NCBI GenBank assembly: GCA_945485625.1
Contig: CALYSH010000001.1
Location: 1 to 34,735, forward strand
DNA length: 34,735 nucleotides
Source: an uncultured Lachnospiraceae bacterium
GTDB taxonomy: Bacteria > Bacillota > Clostridia > Lachnospirales > Lachnospiraceae
Reading direction: 5' to 3'
The notes beneath the pieces are model-generated. The model ran no database searches. It had not been told where the DNA came from and saw nothing but the letters and a program-made list of their open reading frames with translations. The number at the start of each line of letters is the position of its first letter. Position 1 is the stretch's first letter. This document shows positions 1-9,510 of the stretch, piece by piece. A program made the position numbers and the translations under genes.

Positions 1-44
1 CCGGAATCATGTATAATGAAAGTCGAAATAAGAGGAGATTTATC

Positions 45-1502
45 ATGTATAGGAAAATCAAACGTCTAATGGCCCTGGTGGTGAGCGGATTACTCATGAC
101 CTCCCTCCCCCTTACGGCATCGGCTGAGTCCCCGGACGAGCTGGTAGCCAGAACCAGGGTCCTTCCCATAGAATCCAATGAAATTGAAAACTGGCCCCAG
201 GGCCCGGTAGTCAGCGCGGAGTCCGCTATCCTGATGGAGGCAGAAACCGGGACCATCCTGTATGCCAAGGATATCCATAAGCAGGAGTACCCGGCCAGTA
301 CCACGAAGATTCTGACCACCCTCATTGCAGCAGAGCGTTGCGAATTGAATGAAGAAGTTTATTTTTCCAAGCGGGCGGTCTTTAGTCTTCCCGCGGGCAG
401 CAACCACATCGCCATGAATGCCGGAGATGTTCTTTCCATGGAGCAGTGTCTGAATGCCATCCTGATTCGCTCCGCCAACGAGGTAGCCTATGCGGTTGCA
501 GAGCATATCGGCGGAAGCTTCGAGGGCTTTGCGGAAATCATGAATGAGCGGGCAAAGGAGCTGGGCTGCGTGGATTCCAACTTTGTGAATCCCAACGGTC
601 TTCCGGACGAGAATCACTATACCAGTGCCTATGATCTGGCAAAAATCGGTCAGGCCTTCTTTGACAACTCCATGCTCTGTGACATTACCCTGACCAAGCG
701 TCTGGTAGTGGAAAAGGAAAACGGAACTCTGATTGACAATAATAAAATGGAGCTGATTCCCGGCGGGAAGCACGCGTATCCCTATATCGTGGGCTGCAAG
801 ACCGGCTACACCAGCGCCGCCAGGTATACATTGGTATCCTGCGCGGAGAAGAACGGTCTGAAGCTGATTTGTGTTGTTATGCGGGATGAGAATCCCTTTG
901 TATATGAGGATACCATCTCCCTTTTTGATTACGGCTTTGCTAATTTTGAACGGGTGAATGTGTCCGAGACGGAAACCAAGTACAATATTGATCATGTAGG
1001 TCTGTTCTACCAAAGCAACAGTGTCTTCGGAAGCAGCGGCTCTCTTCTGGCCCTGAATGACCAGGATTCCATTATTTTACCGAAGACATTAACCCTGTCG
1101 GACCTGGATTCCAACATCATTTACGAGACCGGACAGGCCAATCAGGCTGCGGTAATCGAGTACTCCTATCGTGGACATGCGCTGGGCTCCGTAGCCCTGG
1201 AGTTTCAGGAAAATACCGAAAAAAAATCTACCTTCGATGATCCGGAGGCAGCTTCGGAAGAGGAGAAGAACCCGGAAAAGAAGCCGGCCTTCTTCTTCAT
1301 AAATGTGGTGAAGATCCTCATGGTACTGGGCGGAATTGCTGCAGCAATCCTGCTTTTCCTGTTCCTTCGCTCCATCCGGGACAATTTCCATTTCAACTTC
1401 TTTGACGGCGGCAGACGGTCCCTCTCCAGGCAGAGACGTCAGGAGATACGACAAGCCAAACGTCGTTCCCGCACCAGATACAAAAAACGCAGGTGGCATT
1501 AA
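45..1502 (+). CDS. D-alanyl-D-alanine carboxypeptidase (peptidase S11, Dac family) with C-terminal membrane anchor
   Basis: SxxK (ASTTK), SxN (RSANE) and KTG (GCKTGYT) motifs; N-terminal signal peptide; C-terminal TM helix with Arg/Lys-rich tail. Start moved to ATG 45, which follows an AGGAGA RBS. Confidence 0.9.
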   Translation: MYRKIKRLMALVVSGLLMTSLPLTASAESPDELVARTRVLPIESNEIENWPQGPVVSAESAILMEAETGTILYAKDIHKQEYPASTTKILTTLIAAERCELNEEVYFSKRAVFSLPAGSNHIAMNAGDVLSMEQCLNAILIRSANEVAYAVAEHIGGSFEGFAEIMNERAKELGCVDSNFVNPNGLPDENHYTSAYDLAKIGQAFFDNSMLCDITLTKRLVVEKENGTLIDNNKMELIPGGKHAYPYIVGCKTGYTSAARYTLVSCAEKNGLKLICVVMRDENPFVYEDTISLFDYGFANFERVNVSETETKYNIDHVGLFYQSNSVFGSSGSLLALNDQDSIILPKTLTLSDLDSNIIYETGQANQAAVIEYSYRGHALGSVALEFQENTEKKSTFDDPEAASEEEKNPEKKPAFFFINVVKILMVLGGIAAAILLFLFLRSIRDNFHFNFFDGGRRSLSRQRRQEIRQAKRRSRTRYKKRRWH

Positions 1503-2446
1503 TGCTTCCTGCGTTTTTTCATTTCATCTGCATGCTCTTTCCGTGCAATCAGCTCTTCCTTTTCTTTTTCGGTAATAAACCGGGAGGTTTTCACTACAAA
1601 CGCTCCCCCATCATTTGCTTTCTGCAATCTCAGCTTGTACTTGATATAGCCATGCTGTCCGCAACAGGCCAGACAGTAATAGTGCTTATTGTTCAGTGTG
1701 AACCATTTCATCTTCTTTCTCAGATTCTTATGGCAAAGATAACATTTGCTGGAGCTGACCTCCTTGTCCGCGAAGGCTTCCTTTTTGCTCTCAAACACCC
1801 TGGAAATATACTTGGCGTAGGTGTCAAACACCACACGTACCTCCTGCTCCCTTGTTTTCGGAGGATGGTATACATCATAGGATACATTCCGAATCACCTC
1901 GGGCTTCCTTGCCAGCACATAGGTAAATACCTTCGCCGTGTAATAGGCATCACTGATGGCACGATGGAAGGGCTCCTGCTTCAGAATCCCCAGATAATCC
2001 GTGGCGAATTCCAGGTTCCTACGGGTCCTCCGGTCCTCATATGCGATGCTGAACAGCTTCTGGATGTCCAGATAGGCAAAAGGCACTTCGGACAAAGGCG
2101 GAATCTCGTAGTACTCCATATTTCGCTGCAGCTCCACCAAATCCAGAGTCCCCCAGGTACAGAACATCCTATCCTCCCCACACCATTGCAGGAAATCCCG
2201 GCATACCGACGGAAAGGGACGACCTGCTGTCAGGTCGTCCATCTGTATATGAATCAATTGTTCCGTAATCCGATGCATCTCATGATAGATAGCCGGCTTA
2301 ATCAGCTCACAGAACTCATCTGTGATTTCCCCTGCGGAGTTTACCTTGACAGCACCGATTTCGATGATTTCAAAGGGCAGCTTTTCATCCCGTTCATTCT
2401 CCCGGCTCCCCTGGTTCCACTCCAAATCCAATACAATATAGTTCAT
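1499..2446 (-). CDS. DEDDh 3'-5' exonuclease (ERI1/KapD-like) with Cys/His-rich C-terminal extension
   Basis: ExoI VLDLEWNQ, EIIEIGAVK, ExoII TWGTLD, ExoIII HRAISDA; C-terminal CYLC...CLACCGQH. Confidence 0.85.
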   Translation of the reverse strand: MNYIVLDLEWNQGSRENERDEKLPFEIIEIGAVKVNSAGEITDEFCELIKPAIYHEMHRITEQLIHIQMDDLTAGRPFPSVCRDFLQWCGEDRMFCTWGTLDLVELQRNMEYYEIPPLSEVPFAYLDIQKLFSIAYEDRRTRRNLEFATDYLGILKQEPFHRAISDAYYTAKVFTYVLARKPEVIRNVSYDVYHPPKTREQEVRVVFDTYAKYISRVFESKKEAFADKEVSSSKCYLCHKNLRKKMKWFTLNNKHYYCLACCGQHGYIKYKLRLQKANDGGAFVVKTSRFITEKEKEELIARKEHADEMKKRRKH

Positions 2447-2472
2447 TCTTCACCCCATAATCAGGCTTTTTC

Positions 2473-3906
2473 CTAGTATGCTCTTCCCCAGTATACCATC
2501 TTCTTTGCAGGCTTTCCACAGCATACACAGGTCTCAGCAATCTGCTCCTGCTCAAAAGGCATACAACGGCTGGTTACGCTCAGCTTCTCCTTGATCATAT
2601 CCTCACAGGCTCTGTCACCGCACCACATGGCTTTTACAAAACCGGACTTCTCCGTAAAGAGCTTCTCGAACTCTTCCATATTCTTAGCCACGTAGGTATG
2701 CTCCTCACGATGCGCTCTTGCTCTCTCCAGCATTTCCTTCTGAATGGTCTCCAGAAGTTCTCCTGCCTTTGCTTCCAGCTCATCCAGAGATACCTCCAGC
2801 TTTTCTCTGGTATCACGACGGCAGATGACGCACTTGTTTGCCTCAATATCCTTCGGACCAATCTCCACACGGATGGGATAGCCGCGCATTTCCGCCTCGG
2901 CAAACTTATAGCCGGGGGTCTTGTCGGACTCATCCAGCTTCACACGGAAGCTCTTACCGAGAAGCTCCTTTAACTCTCTTGCCTTCTCCAATACGCCTTC
3001 CTTCTTCTGCTGAATGGGAATGATACCGATCTGGATAGGAGCTACTCTGGGGGGAAGTACCAGACCTTCGTTGTCACCGTGTACCATAATAATGGCACCG
3101 ATCAGACGGGTGGTCATACCCCAGGAGGTCTGATATACATGCTTCAGGGTGTTATCCTTATCCGCGAACTGGATATCGAATGCCTTGGCAAAACCGTCAC
3201 CGAAGTTATGGCTGGTGCCGGACTGAAGTGCCTTACCGTCATGCATCAGGGCTTCGATGGTATAGGTAGCTACCGCACCTGCAAACTTCTCCTTCTCGGT
3301 CTTCTGTCCCTTCACCACAGGAATTGCCAATACCTCTTCACAAAAGCTTGCATACAGATTCAACATCTGAATGGTTCTTGCTTCCGCTTCCTCTGCGGTA
3401 GCATGTGCGGTATGGCCCTCCTGCCACAAAAACTCTCTGGAACGAAGGAAGGGTCTGGTCTCCTTCTCCCAGCGGACAACGGAACACCACTGATTGTATA
3501 CCTTGGGCAAATCTCTGTAGGAATGAATGTCATTCTTGTAAAAATCACAGAACAGGGTCTCGGAGGTGGGACGGACACACATTCTCTCCTGCAGGGGCTG
3601 CAAACCTCCATGGGTAACCCATGCAACCTCCGGTGCGAAGCCCTCTACATGATCCTTTTCCTTCTCCAACAGGGACTCAGGAATAAACATGGGTAAATAT
3701 ACATTCTCCACTCCTGTCGCCTTGAAACGCTCGTCTAACTGCTTCTGGATCAGCTCCCAGATAGCATATCCTGCAGGCTTGATCACCATACATCCCTTAA
3801 CGGAGGTATAGTCGATCAGTTCCGCCTTCTTTACCACGTCCGTGTACCACTGTGCAAAATCCACGTCCATGGAAGTAATCTCTTCCACCATTTTCTTGTC
3901 TGCCAT
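2473..3906 (-). CDS. proS: Proline--tRNA ligase, archaeal/eukaryote-like type (no INS editing domain)
   Basis: [40 protein letters not shown] motifs; C-terminal CVCC Zn domain ending GRAY; upstream T-box has a Pro specifier. Confidence 0.98.
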   Translation of the reverse strand: MADKKMVEEITSMDVDFAQWYTDVVKKAELIDYTSVKGCMVIKPAGYAIWELIQKQLDERFKATGVENVYLPMFIPESLLEKEKDHVEGFAPEVAWVTHGGLQPLQERMCVRPTSETLFCDFYKNDIHSYRDLPKVYNQWCSVVRWEKETRPFLRSREFLWQEGHTAHATAEEAEARTIQMLNLYASFCEEVLAIPVVKGQKTEKEKFAGAVATYTIEALMHDGKALQSGTSHNFGDGFAKAFDIQFADKDNTLKHVYQTSWGMTTRLIGAIIMVHGDNEGLVLPPRVAPIQIGIIPIQQKKEGVLEKARELKELLGKSFRVKLDESDKTPGYKFAEAEMRGYPIRVEIGPKDIEANKCVICRRDTREKLEVSLDELEAKAGELLETIQKEMLERARAHREEHTYVAKNMEEFEKLFTEKSGFVKAMWCGDRACEDMIKEKLSVTSRCMPFEQEQIAETCVCCGKPAKKMVYWGRAY

Positions 3907-3932
3907 ATTCTTCTCCTTCTTTCTTTCAAGCT

Positions 3933-3969
3933 AAAAAGAGCCTCCAATCCCCAAAGGGACCGAAGGCTC
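3933..3969 (-). terminator. T-box attenuator terminator
   Basis: GAGCCTTCGGTCCC / GGGATTGGAGGCTC stem followed by TTTTT. Confidence 0.9.
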
Positions 3970-4170
3970 GGCGGTACCACCCTAATTAATGCATACGCAT
4001 TCTTCTCGAAACCGTTAACGCCGGCATACGCTGTATTTCATGCAGTCATTCATACAGGACTCCAAGGCAGGTTCAAAACCTTTCACACAAGAACCTCTCA
4101 GCCGCGCTTACCGCGCCACGTTCTCTCTCTGGGGTGCTTCCGGAATCTACTAACCCTCTTCATCGTCAAA
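3933..4170 (-). ncRNA. T-box riboswitch leader (Pro, specifier CCU)
   Basis: Minus strand shows AGAGA box, GCTGAG loop motif, specifier loop GAA-CCT-GC (CCT at 4071-4069), T-box AGGGTGGTACCGC (3983-3971), then a terminator hairpin with U-run. Confidence 0.95.
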
Positions 4171-4183
4171 GATATATGTAGAG

Positions 4184-4213
4184 ATTGTAGCCCTTGGGAG
4201 TCTGATTTGTCAA
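4184..4213 (-). promoter_or_regulatory. Sigma-A promoter for the T-box-proS transcript
   Basis: TTGACA-N18-TACAAT immediately upstream of T-box stem I. Confidence 0.8.
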
Positions 4214-4259
4214 GCCGGAGTTTGCAATTTTCGAAAGAATCCTCCATTACGTCCCATTC

Positions 4260-4288
4260 TTGTCACTTTTCCCAAAATCTGCTACACT
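4260..4288 (+). promoter_or_regulatory. Sigma-A promoter for the RluA gene
   Basis: TTGTCA-N17-TACACT with TGn extended -10. Confidence 0.6.
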
Positions 4289-4321
4289 AAATCTGAAAAA
4301 ATCCCCCTATGGAGAAAAAAC

Positions 4322-5227
4322 ATGGAACGCATCATCGAATACATGATCCCTGCAGACCTACCCTCAGTAACGGGGTCCATCACCATAAAAGAATACTTAA
4401 AGTCCAGGGGATACTCCGCCCAGAGCATAAAGCTGTTGAAGCTCTCTCCGGAAGGACTTCAAATAAACCATCAGCCGGCGCTTATCAATGCGCCCATTCA
4501 GCCCGGGGATTTGCTCACGGTGCGGATTCGGGAGGAAGCCTCCTCCGAAAAGATTGTCCCGGTTAAGCTCCCTCTTTCCATCGTCTATGAGGATGAGGAC
4601 CTCTTTGTCATTGATAAGCCCGCGGGCATGCCCATTCATCCCTCCCAGAATAACTTCCACAATTCTCTGGCAAATGCTCTGGCATGGCATTACGAAAAAA
4701 TAGGAGAGCCCTTCGTCTTTCGCTGCATTAACCGCCTGGATAAGGATACCTCCGGGCTTACCGTCGTGGCCAAGCATGCCGTCAGTGCAGGAATCTTAGG
4801 AGCTATGATTTGTTCCCGGGAGACCTTCACCAGAGAATATCTGGCCATCGTAAAGGGGTCACTTACACCCCCGGAGGGCATCATAACTGCTCCCATCGCC
4901 CGAAAAAAAGATTCCATCATTGAACGGCAGGTGGATTTCGAGCATGGGGAAAGGGCTGTGACACACTACCGCCTGCTCAGACAAAGAAATGGGCACAGCC
5001 TGGTTTCCCTTACCTTAGAAACAGGCCGCACCCATCAGATACGTGTCCATATGAAATATATTGGTTTTCCCCTTATCGGAGACCATATCTATAACCCTGA
5101 CCTTGAGCATATCAGTCGCCAGGCACTCCATGCCCACAGGCTGTGCTTCACGCACCCTGTCACCGGTGCTCCCTTAGAATTTATCTCCCCCTTACCGGCG
5201 GACATGGCGGTCATTTTAGATATGTAA
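4322..5227 (+). CDS. RluA/RluD-family RNA pseudouridine synthase
   Basis: DKPAGMPIHP, NRLDKDTSG (catalytic Asp), TGRTHQIRVH, QALHA; GGAGA RBS. Confidence 0.93.
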   Translation: MERIIEYMIPADLPSVTGSITIKEYLKSRGYSAQSIKLLKLSPEGLQINHQPALINAPIQPGDLLTVRIREEASSEKIVPVKLPLSIVYEDEDLFVIDKPAGMPIHPSQNNFHNSLANALAWHYEKIGEPFVFRCINRLDKDTSGLTVVAKHAVSAGILGAMICSRETFTREYLAIVKGSLTPPEGIITAPIARKKDSIIERQVDFEHGERAVTHYRLLRQRNGHSLVSLTLETGRTHQIRVHMKYIGFPLIGDHIYNPDLEHISRQALHAHRLCFTHPVTGAPLEFISPLPADMAVILDM

Positions 5228-5884
5228 TTTGCGAAGGGCATTTTCTGCAATCAGGCACTCCCCATGCTCTCTCACGTAGGTCATCCGATCCTCACCGGCA
5301 CCATATCCCACCGCATACTCCAGCGCCTGCACACAGGCCTTGCTGTATTTCTCATAAGCCGCTCTGCCCTTTTCCATGTACAGGAAATACTGTCCGTCCA
5401 CACGGTACAGACTGCTGAAAACCCGTAAGGTCCTGGGAAGCACGGCTGCATAATCCATCAGCTCCTGCATATGTTCAAATACAAAGACTGCCTCTGTAGA
5501 ACGCACCGGCTCCGGCTTTTGTCCGGAGGGTTCTGCCGCCTCCCTGGGGGCTGCATCCCGGTTCTCTAAACCTTTGGTCAGTGCCTGCTGCATTTCCTTC
5601 AGGCAATCTAACAAGGGCCCCGCATCCTTTCCCTCGAAGGGATCCTTCTCCGAAAAGGTCAACAGCATGCCCTGATCCGGCACCATCATTATCTGCAGAT
5701 CAAAGGCAAACTTAGGCGGTGTATAGCCCACCTCTTCCTTTGCCTGCTCCATGATTTCATGCACGATCTCCCTGGCTTTATCACTCCGGGTGATAAAATC
5801 CTTATAGTCAATCTGGTATTCCTGCAATTCCTCATTGGACAGGAAACATTTTACCGTCTTATCATCAACTCTTTCAATTCTCAT
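5216..5884 (-). CDS. mecA: Adaptor protein MecA (ClpC adaptor)
   Basis: N-terminus MRIERVDDKTVKCFLS..EL and C-terminus EHGECLIAENAL are characteristic. This is not the staphylococcal methicillin-resistance mecA. Confidence 0.85.
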   Translation of the reverse strand: MRIERVDDKTVKCFLSNEELQEYQIDYKDFITRSDKAREIVHEIMEQAKEEVGYTPPKFAFDLQIMMVPDQGMLLTFSEKDPFEGKDAGPLLDCLKEMQQALTKGLENRDAAPREAAEPSGQKPEPVRSTEAVFVFEHMQELMDYAAVLPRTLRVFSSLYRVDGQYFLYMEKGRAAYEKYSKACVQALEYAVGYGAGEDRMTYVREHGECLIAENALRKLHI

Positions 5885-5896
5885 AACACAAAACCT

Positions 5897-7543
5897 CTAT
5901 TCACAAGGGCGAAATCCTTCCGCAAAGCTCTCTCCCCTTAATTCCACATTGTATAAAGCGGGGACGGATGGAAAGTAAGCATAACCGGACAGACCACCGT
6001 TTAGCGGGACAAACACACTCTCTTTACCCAAAGAAACCTCCCGAACCTCATATACCCCATAATCCTGCTGGCATACATAATAATCCAACTGTCTGGAACT
6101 CCACACGAGACTTCCCATGATAAACAATTTATAACATCCATAAGCCAGAATTGCAAGTCGAATCATACCATCTTTTCGAAGCAACGTCACAAAATACCCA
6201 CCCATTAAAGCTGCCAAAAGCAAAATGTATGCATAGCCATATCGTACCAAGGGGGCAGATAACTGCCAGAACGCATAACAGGCTGCCACTGTCACCATCA
6301 CCAGCATGGCATCCAGCTTTTCCCAATGTCTCTTCAACAGGCAGGTAAGCATCCACACCGATAAAACAGCAAGGCAGAGCAAATCCGCCAGAATCAGAAG
6401 CTTTTCCATAGTAGTCAGGCTCTGCATCCATTGCTGAAACCAAGCTGTAATCGGCAGATCCAGCAGCGTAATATCATATAGGCCCCTGCCCCATACCTTT
6501 ATATTCGCCGCATCTATCTCCACTCTTTGTGCTGCCATCTTCCAATCCAGTGAAAACAAATCCAGCTGAGGAAACGGATACAGCAAATAGCCGGAGATGA
6601 TTACCGTCCGAATCATCCATGGGGCACAGACCAGAATACCGGAGCACAAAAAGATTCCGATTTCCTTCCATTTTTTCTCCCGAATCAGTTGATACGCCGG
6701 CTTAATGACCAAAACCAGGATTAATCCGGCAGTTAATTTCAAAGTCAGCGCATATACTCCGGCCACACAAAGCAATCCAAAGGGAACCACATCCCCTTTT
6801 CCCTTTTCCAACTCATCCAGCCATTTAATTACAATATAAAAAATCATGCACATAATGCAATAATCCGAAGTAGGTGCAATCACCTCATCCGCGATGATTG
6901 TTAAATAATAAATTCCCGCCACTCTTGCAAAATCCGACCACACAAGTTTTCTTCTATGAAAACGCTTGCCGATTTGAATGCATAACACGCTCAGCAAAAG
7001 AGCAAAAAAACCATTTCCCGTATGTAACGACTGACCAACTAAAAACTTCATGCTGTACAATGCACTGAAGGAAAAGAAAGAACTGTTGTATGCAAATCGT
7101 TCATGAAGATTGCCCAATCCCGGAACAACACCATATTCTTCCAACCATCGAATACTTTGTGCATGGTACAAATCTGTATCTAACATCATATATCCCCTGG
7201 ATGTCTGATAGGCCCAGAAGGCCACCAGGAGAATCAGAACCACCCGATACACATTCCCCTGCTGCTTCCATGCTCCCAAAAGCTTCTGCACCATCTCCCG
7301 GCCATAGCACACACACACAAGTGCGGCGGCCAGAACCATCCCCACATTTGCCCAAAGCCCCACCGGTCCAAAGAGGCTGAACACCTGAGCATACACTGTG
7401 GTTGATATCACTCCTGCCATAATGATGCTGTCCACATTCTGCAGCGAATAGCCCAGAAGCTTCTCTATCAGCTTCCGGATTCCAAAGCCCAGAGAAAAAG
7501 TGGTGATTCCCATATAAATCCAATTCAACAAAACACTGATCAT
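5897..7543 (-). CDS. Polytopic membrane protein, probable GT-C-fold glycosyltransferase (LIC_10190-like)
   Basis: Many hydrophobic helices; early loop DTDLYHAQSIRW...PGLGNLHERFAYNSS (DxxxYH). Start moved to ATG 7543 after an AAAGGA RBS. Function is inferred. Confidence 0.65.
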   Translation of the reverse strand: MISVLLNWIYMGITTFSLGFGIRKLIEKLLGYSLQNVDSIIMAGVISTTVYAQVFSLFGPVGLWANVGMVLAAALVCVCYGREMVQKLLGAWKQQGNVYRVVLILLVAFWAYQTSRGYMMLDTDLYHAQSIRWLEEYGVVPGLGNLHERFAYNSSFFSFSALYSMKFLVGQSLHTGNGFFALLLSVLCIQIGKRFHRRKLVWSDFARVAGIYYLTIIADEVIAPTSDYCIMCMIFYIVIKWLDELEKGKGDVVPFGLLCVAGVYALTLKLTAGLILVLVIKPAYQLIREKKWKEIGIFLCSGILVCAPWMIRTVIISGYLLYPFPQLDLFSLDWKMAAQRVEIDAANIKVWGRGLYDITLLDLPITAWFQQWMQSLTTMEKLLILADLLCLAVLSVWMLTCLLKRHWEKLDAMLVMVTVAACYAFWQLSAPLVRYGYAYILLLAALMGGYFVTLLRKDGMIRLAILAYGCYKLFIMGSLVWSSRQLDYYVCQQDYGVYEVREVSLGKESVFVPLNGGLSGYAYFPSVPALYNVELRGESFAEGFRPCE

Positions 7544-7625
7544 AAGAACGATTCCTTTTTTCAACACTCGCAAACCCGCACTTACGCGCTCTTCATGCTG
7601 CTTCACAGCATATTTGCTTGCGTAC

Positions 7626-7634
7626 ATTATACCA
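7626..7634 (-). promoter_or_regulatory. Extended -10 promoter for the membrane protein-mecA unit
   Basis: TGGTATAAT (TGnTATAAT) on the minus strand; weak -35 (GTGGCG) at 17 bp. Confidence 0.6.
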
Positions 7635-7690
7635 CCTTCCCAGGCATCCCGCCACCTCTTTTCGCCCGCATAAGGGCAGAAAACTTTAGG

Positions 7691-7719
7691 TTTCCATTTT
7701 GCAAAAACTGTGATACTAT
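7691..7719 (+). promoter_or_regulatory. Candidate sigma-A promoter for PilZ-niaR
   Basis: TTTCCA-N17-TACTAT with TGn extension; TTTTGCAAAA palindrome in the spacer. Confidence 0.5.
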
Positions 7720-7768
7720 TTTTATGTCATGAAAAGAAACTGTTTCGATGGTGAAAGGATCCATCTTT

Positions 7769-8437
7769 ATGTGGATAGAAGAAATTACACCCGGTGAAAC
7801 CGTCACGTTAATTGCCACTTTTCAGCAGGAAAGATTGGAGTTTACCACGACGGTTCAGGAAAGCTACGAAAAAAAGCATATTATTTTGACTGATGTGATT
7901 ACCAAGGATGACAAGGTATTGACCTTTCATGCCAAGGGACTGCTTGTAAATCTGATGACCAAGCCGAAGGACAAGGCACCCCAGGTGTTCAAGAATGTCG
8001 CCATTCGTCTGATGAAAAAGCAGGATGGAAGCCTCTGCTACTCCATCACCACCCTGGCAGAATCCAAGGATTTCAATCGCCGGGAAGCCTTTCGTTGTTA
8101 TATCGGTATCCCCACCTCCGTTCAGGGCGGCGGAAACAAAGCAGCCTACGATGCCGTCATCAAGGATGTAAGCATCTCGGGCTTCTCCATAATCTGTTCT
8201 GCCGATGTGGAGTTTCGTGAAAACCAGGTCCTTCATGTTCTGTTGAATGATCGAATTGAAGAATTGGCCGAGAATTACAGCTTTCATCTGTACGGAATCA
8301 TTGTACGAATCGAAGAATTGGATAACGGCAATATCGTTTACGGTTGTAGATTAAATACCCGGGTAAACGGTATTGATGCCTACATTATGAAAAAAGAACG
8401 AATGCGCCTGAAAAAGACGAACGGAGGTGTATCCTGA
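7769..8437 (+). CDS. PilZ-domain protein (c-di-GMP receptor, YcgR/flagellar-brake-like)
   Basis: RxxxR (NRREAFR) and DxSxxG (DVSISG) motifs; ATG 7769 follows AAAGGA. Confidence 0.85.
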   Translation: MWIEEITPGETVTLIATFQQERLEFTTTVQESYEKKHIILTDVITKDDKVLTFHAKGLLVNLMTKPKDKAPQVFKNVAIRLMKKQDGSLCYSITTLAESKDFNRREAFRCYIGIPTSVQGGGNKAAYDAVIKDVSISGFSIICSADVEFRENQVLHVLLNDRIEELAENYSFHLYGIIVRIEELDNGNIVYGCRLNTRVNGIDAYIMKKERMRLKKTNGGVS

Positions 8438-8961
8438 TGGTAATGGACGGAGATTCCAGAAGAGAAGCAATCATGAATTGCCTTATGGAACGAACCACTC
8501 CCATAAACGGAATGGAGCTGGCGAAGCGTTTTGGTGTCAGCCGCCAGGTAATTGTGCAGGATATCGCACTTCTGCGCGCCAAAAACAGAGATATCCTTTC
8601 TACCAACAAGGGTTATCTCTTGTTTCAGTCCCAGGAAAAAAACGGTGGCGTTACAGAGGTTATTATGGTCCGCCATCTCTCCGAAGAGACCCTGGACGAG
8701 ATGCGTTCCATTGTGGATTTCGGCGGTTCCATGCTGGATGTGTCCATCGATCACGACCTGTATGGCCAGATTCGGGTGGATTTATTGATTCGCAACATAA
8801 GGGATGCGGAAGAATTTGTAGAAAAAATGACACACAGCACGTCAAAGCCTTTGAAAGAATTGACGGAAGGGTGTCACTATCATACCATTCAGGCCCCCTC
8901 TGCCAAAGCCATGAAATTAATCAAGGAGGATCTGGCAGAAAAGGGATACCTGATAAACTAA
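8437..8961 (+). CDS. niaR: Niacin-responsive repressor NiaR (YrxA; HTH_11 + 3H domain)
   Basis: LAKRFGVSRQVIVQDIALLRA HTH, STNKGY, HDLYG, LTEGCHYHTI (3H histidines). Confidence 0.88.
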   Translation: MVMDGDSRREAIMNCLMERTTPINGMELAKRFGVSRQVIVQDIALLRAKNRDILSTNKGYLLFQSQEKNGGVTEVIMVRHLSEETLDEMRSIVDFGGSMLDVSIDHDLYGQIRVDLLIRNIRDAEEFVEKMTHSTSKPLKELTEGCHYHTIQAPSAKAMKLIKEDLAEKGYLIN

Positions 8962-8964
8962 AGT

Positions 8965-9480
8965 TTATTCCTTCCAGTGCAGTCTATGAAGATCTCCCTC
9001 CGTCTGCATACTGGAATAACCGTTCTGTCTGAGAGCCTCATACAGAACAATTGCCACGGAATTGGAAAGGTTTAAGGAACGGATCTCAGGAAGCATGGGA
9101 ATACGGATACAATCCTCCTCATGCTCCACCAGGATTTCCTCCGGAATACCTGCGCTTTCCTTCCCAAACATAATATAATCATTGGGACCGAAGCTGACCT
9201 CCGAATGGGTCTGCTTCGCCTTGGTGGTCGCCATCCAGAGCCGAATCTCCGGATGGCTTTCTTTTTCCTTCCGGAACATCTCCATAAACTCCGCAAAGTT
9301 CATGTACCGATGAACATCCAGCTTTTCCCAATAATCCATTCCGGCACGTTTGATTTCCTTCTCATTCAATCGAAAGCCCAGAGGCTCAATCAAATGCAGG
9401 CCGGAGCCTGTAGCTACACAGGTCCGTCCGATATTTCCTGTATTCGCCGGAATCTCCGGCTGATGTAAAACAATCTGCAT
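8965..9480 (-). CDS. trmL: tRNA (cytidine/uridine-34 2'-O)-methyltransferase
   Basis: PEIPANTGNIGRTC, KRAGMDYW, FGKESAG, RSLNLSN SPOUT motifs. Confidence 0.95.
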   Translation of the reverse strand: MQIVLHQPEIPANTGNIGRTCVATGSGLHLIEPLGFRLNEKEIKRAGMDYWEKLDVHRYMNFAEFMEMFRKEKESHPEIRLWMATTKAKQTHSEVSFGPNDYIMFGKESAGIPEEILVEHEEDCIRIPMLPEIRSLNLSNSVAIVLYEALRQNGYSSMQTEGDLHRLHWKE

Positions 9481-9510
9481 CGTTCTTTTCCTTTGCGTGA
9501 AAACACTCTC

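Noticed and set aside
90-1013. 307-aa minus-strand ORF
   Set aside because: Antisense shadow of the carboxypeptidase; no motifs.
1493-2476. 327-aa plus-strand ORF exactly spanning the exonuclease
   Set aside because: Codon-aligned antisense shadow; no RBS or recognisable domain.
7659-7683. Hairpin TTTTCGCCC-GCATAA-GGGCAGAAAA between divergent promoters
   Set aside because: Terminator-like, but no gene ends here and the stem is short; function cannot be supported.
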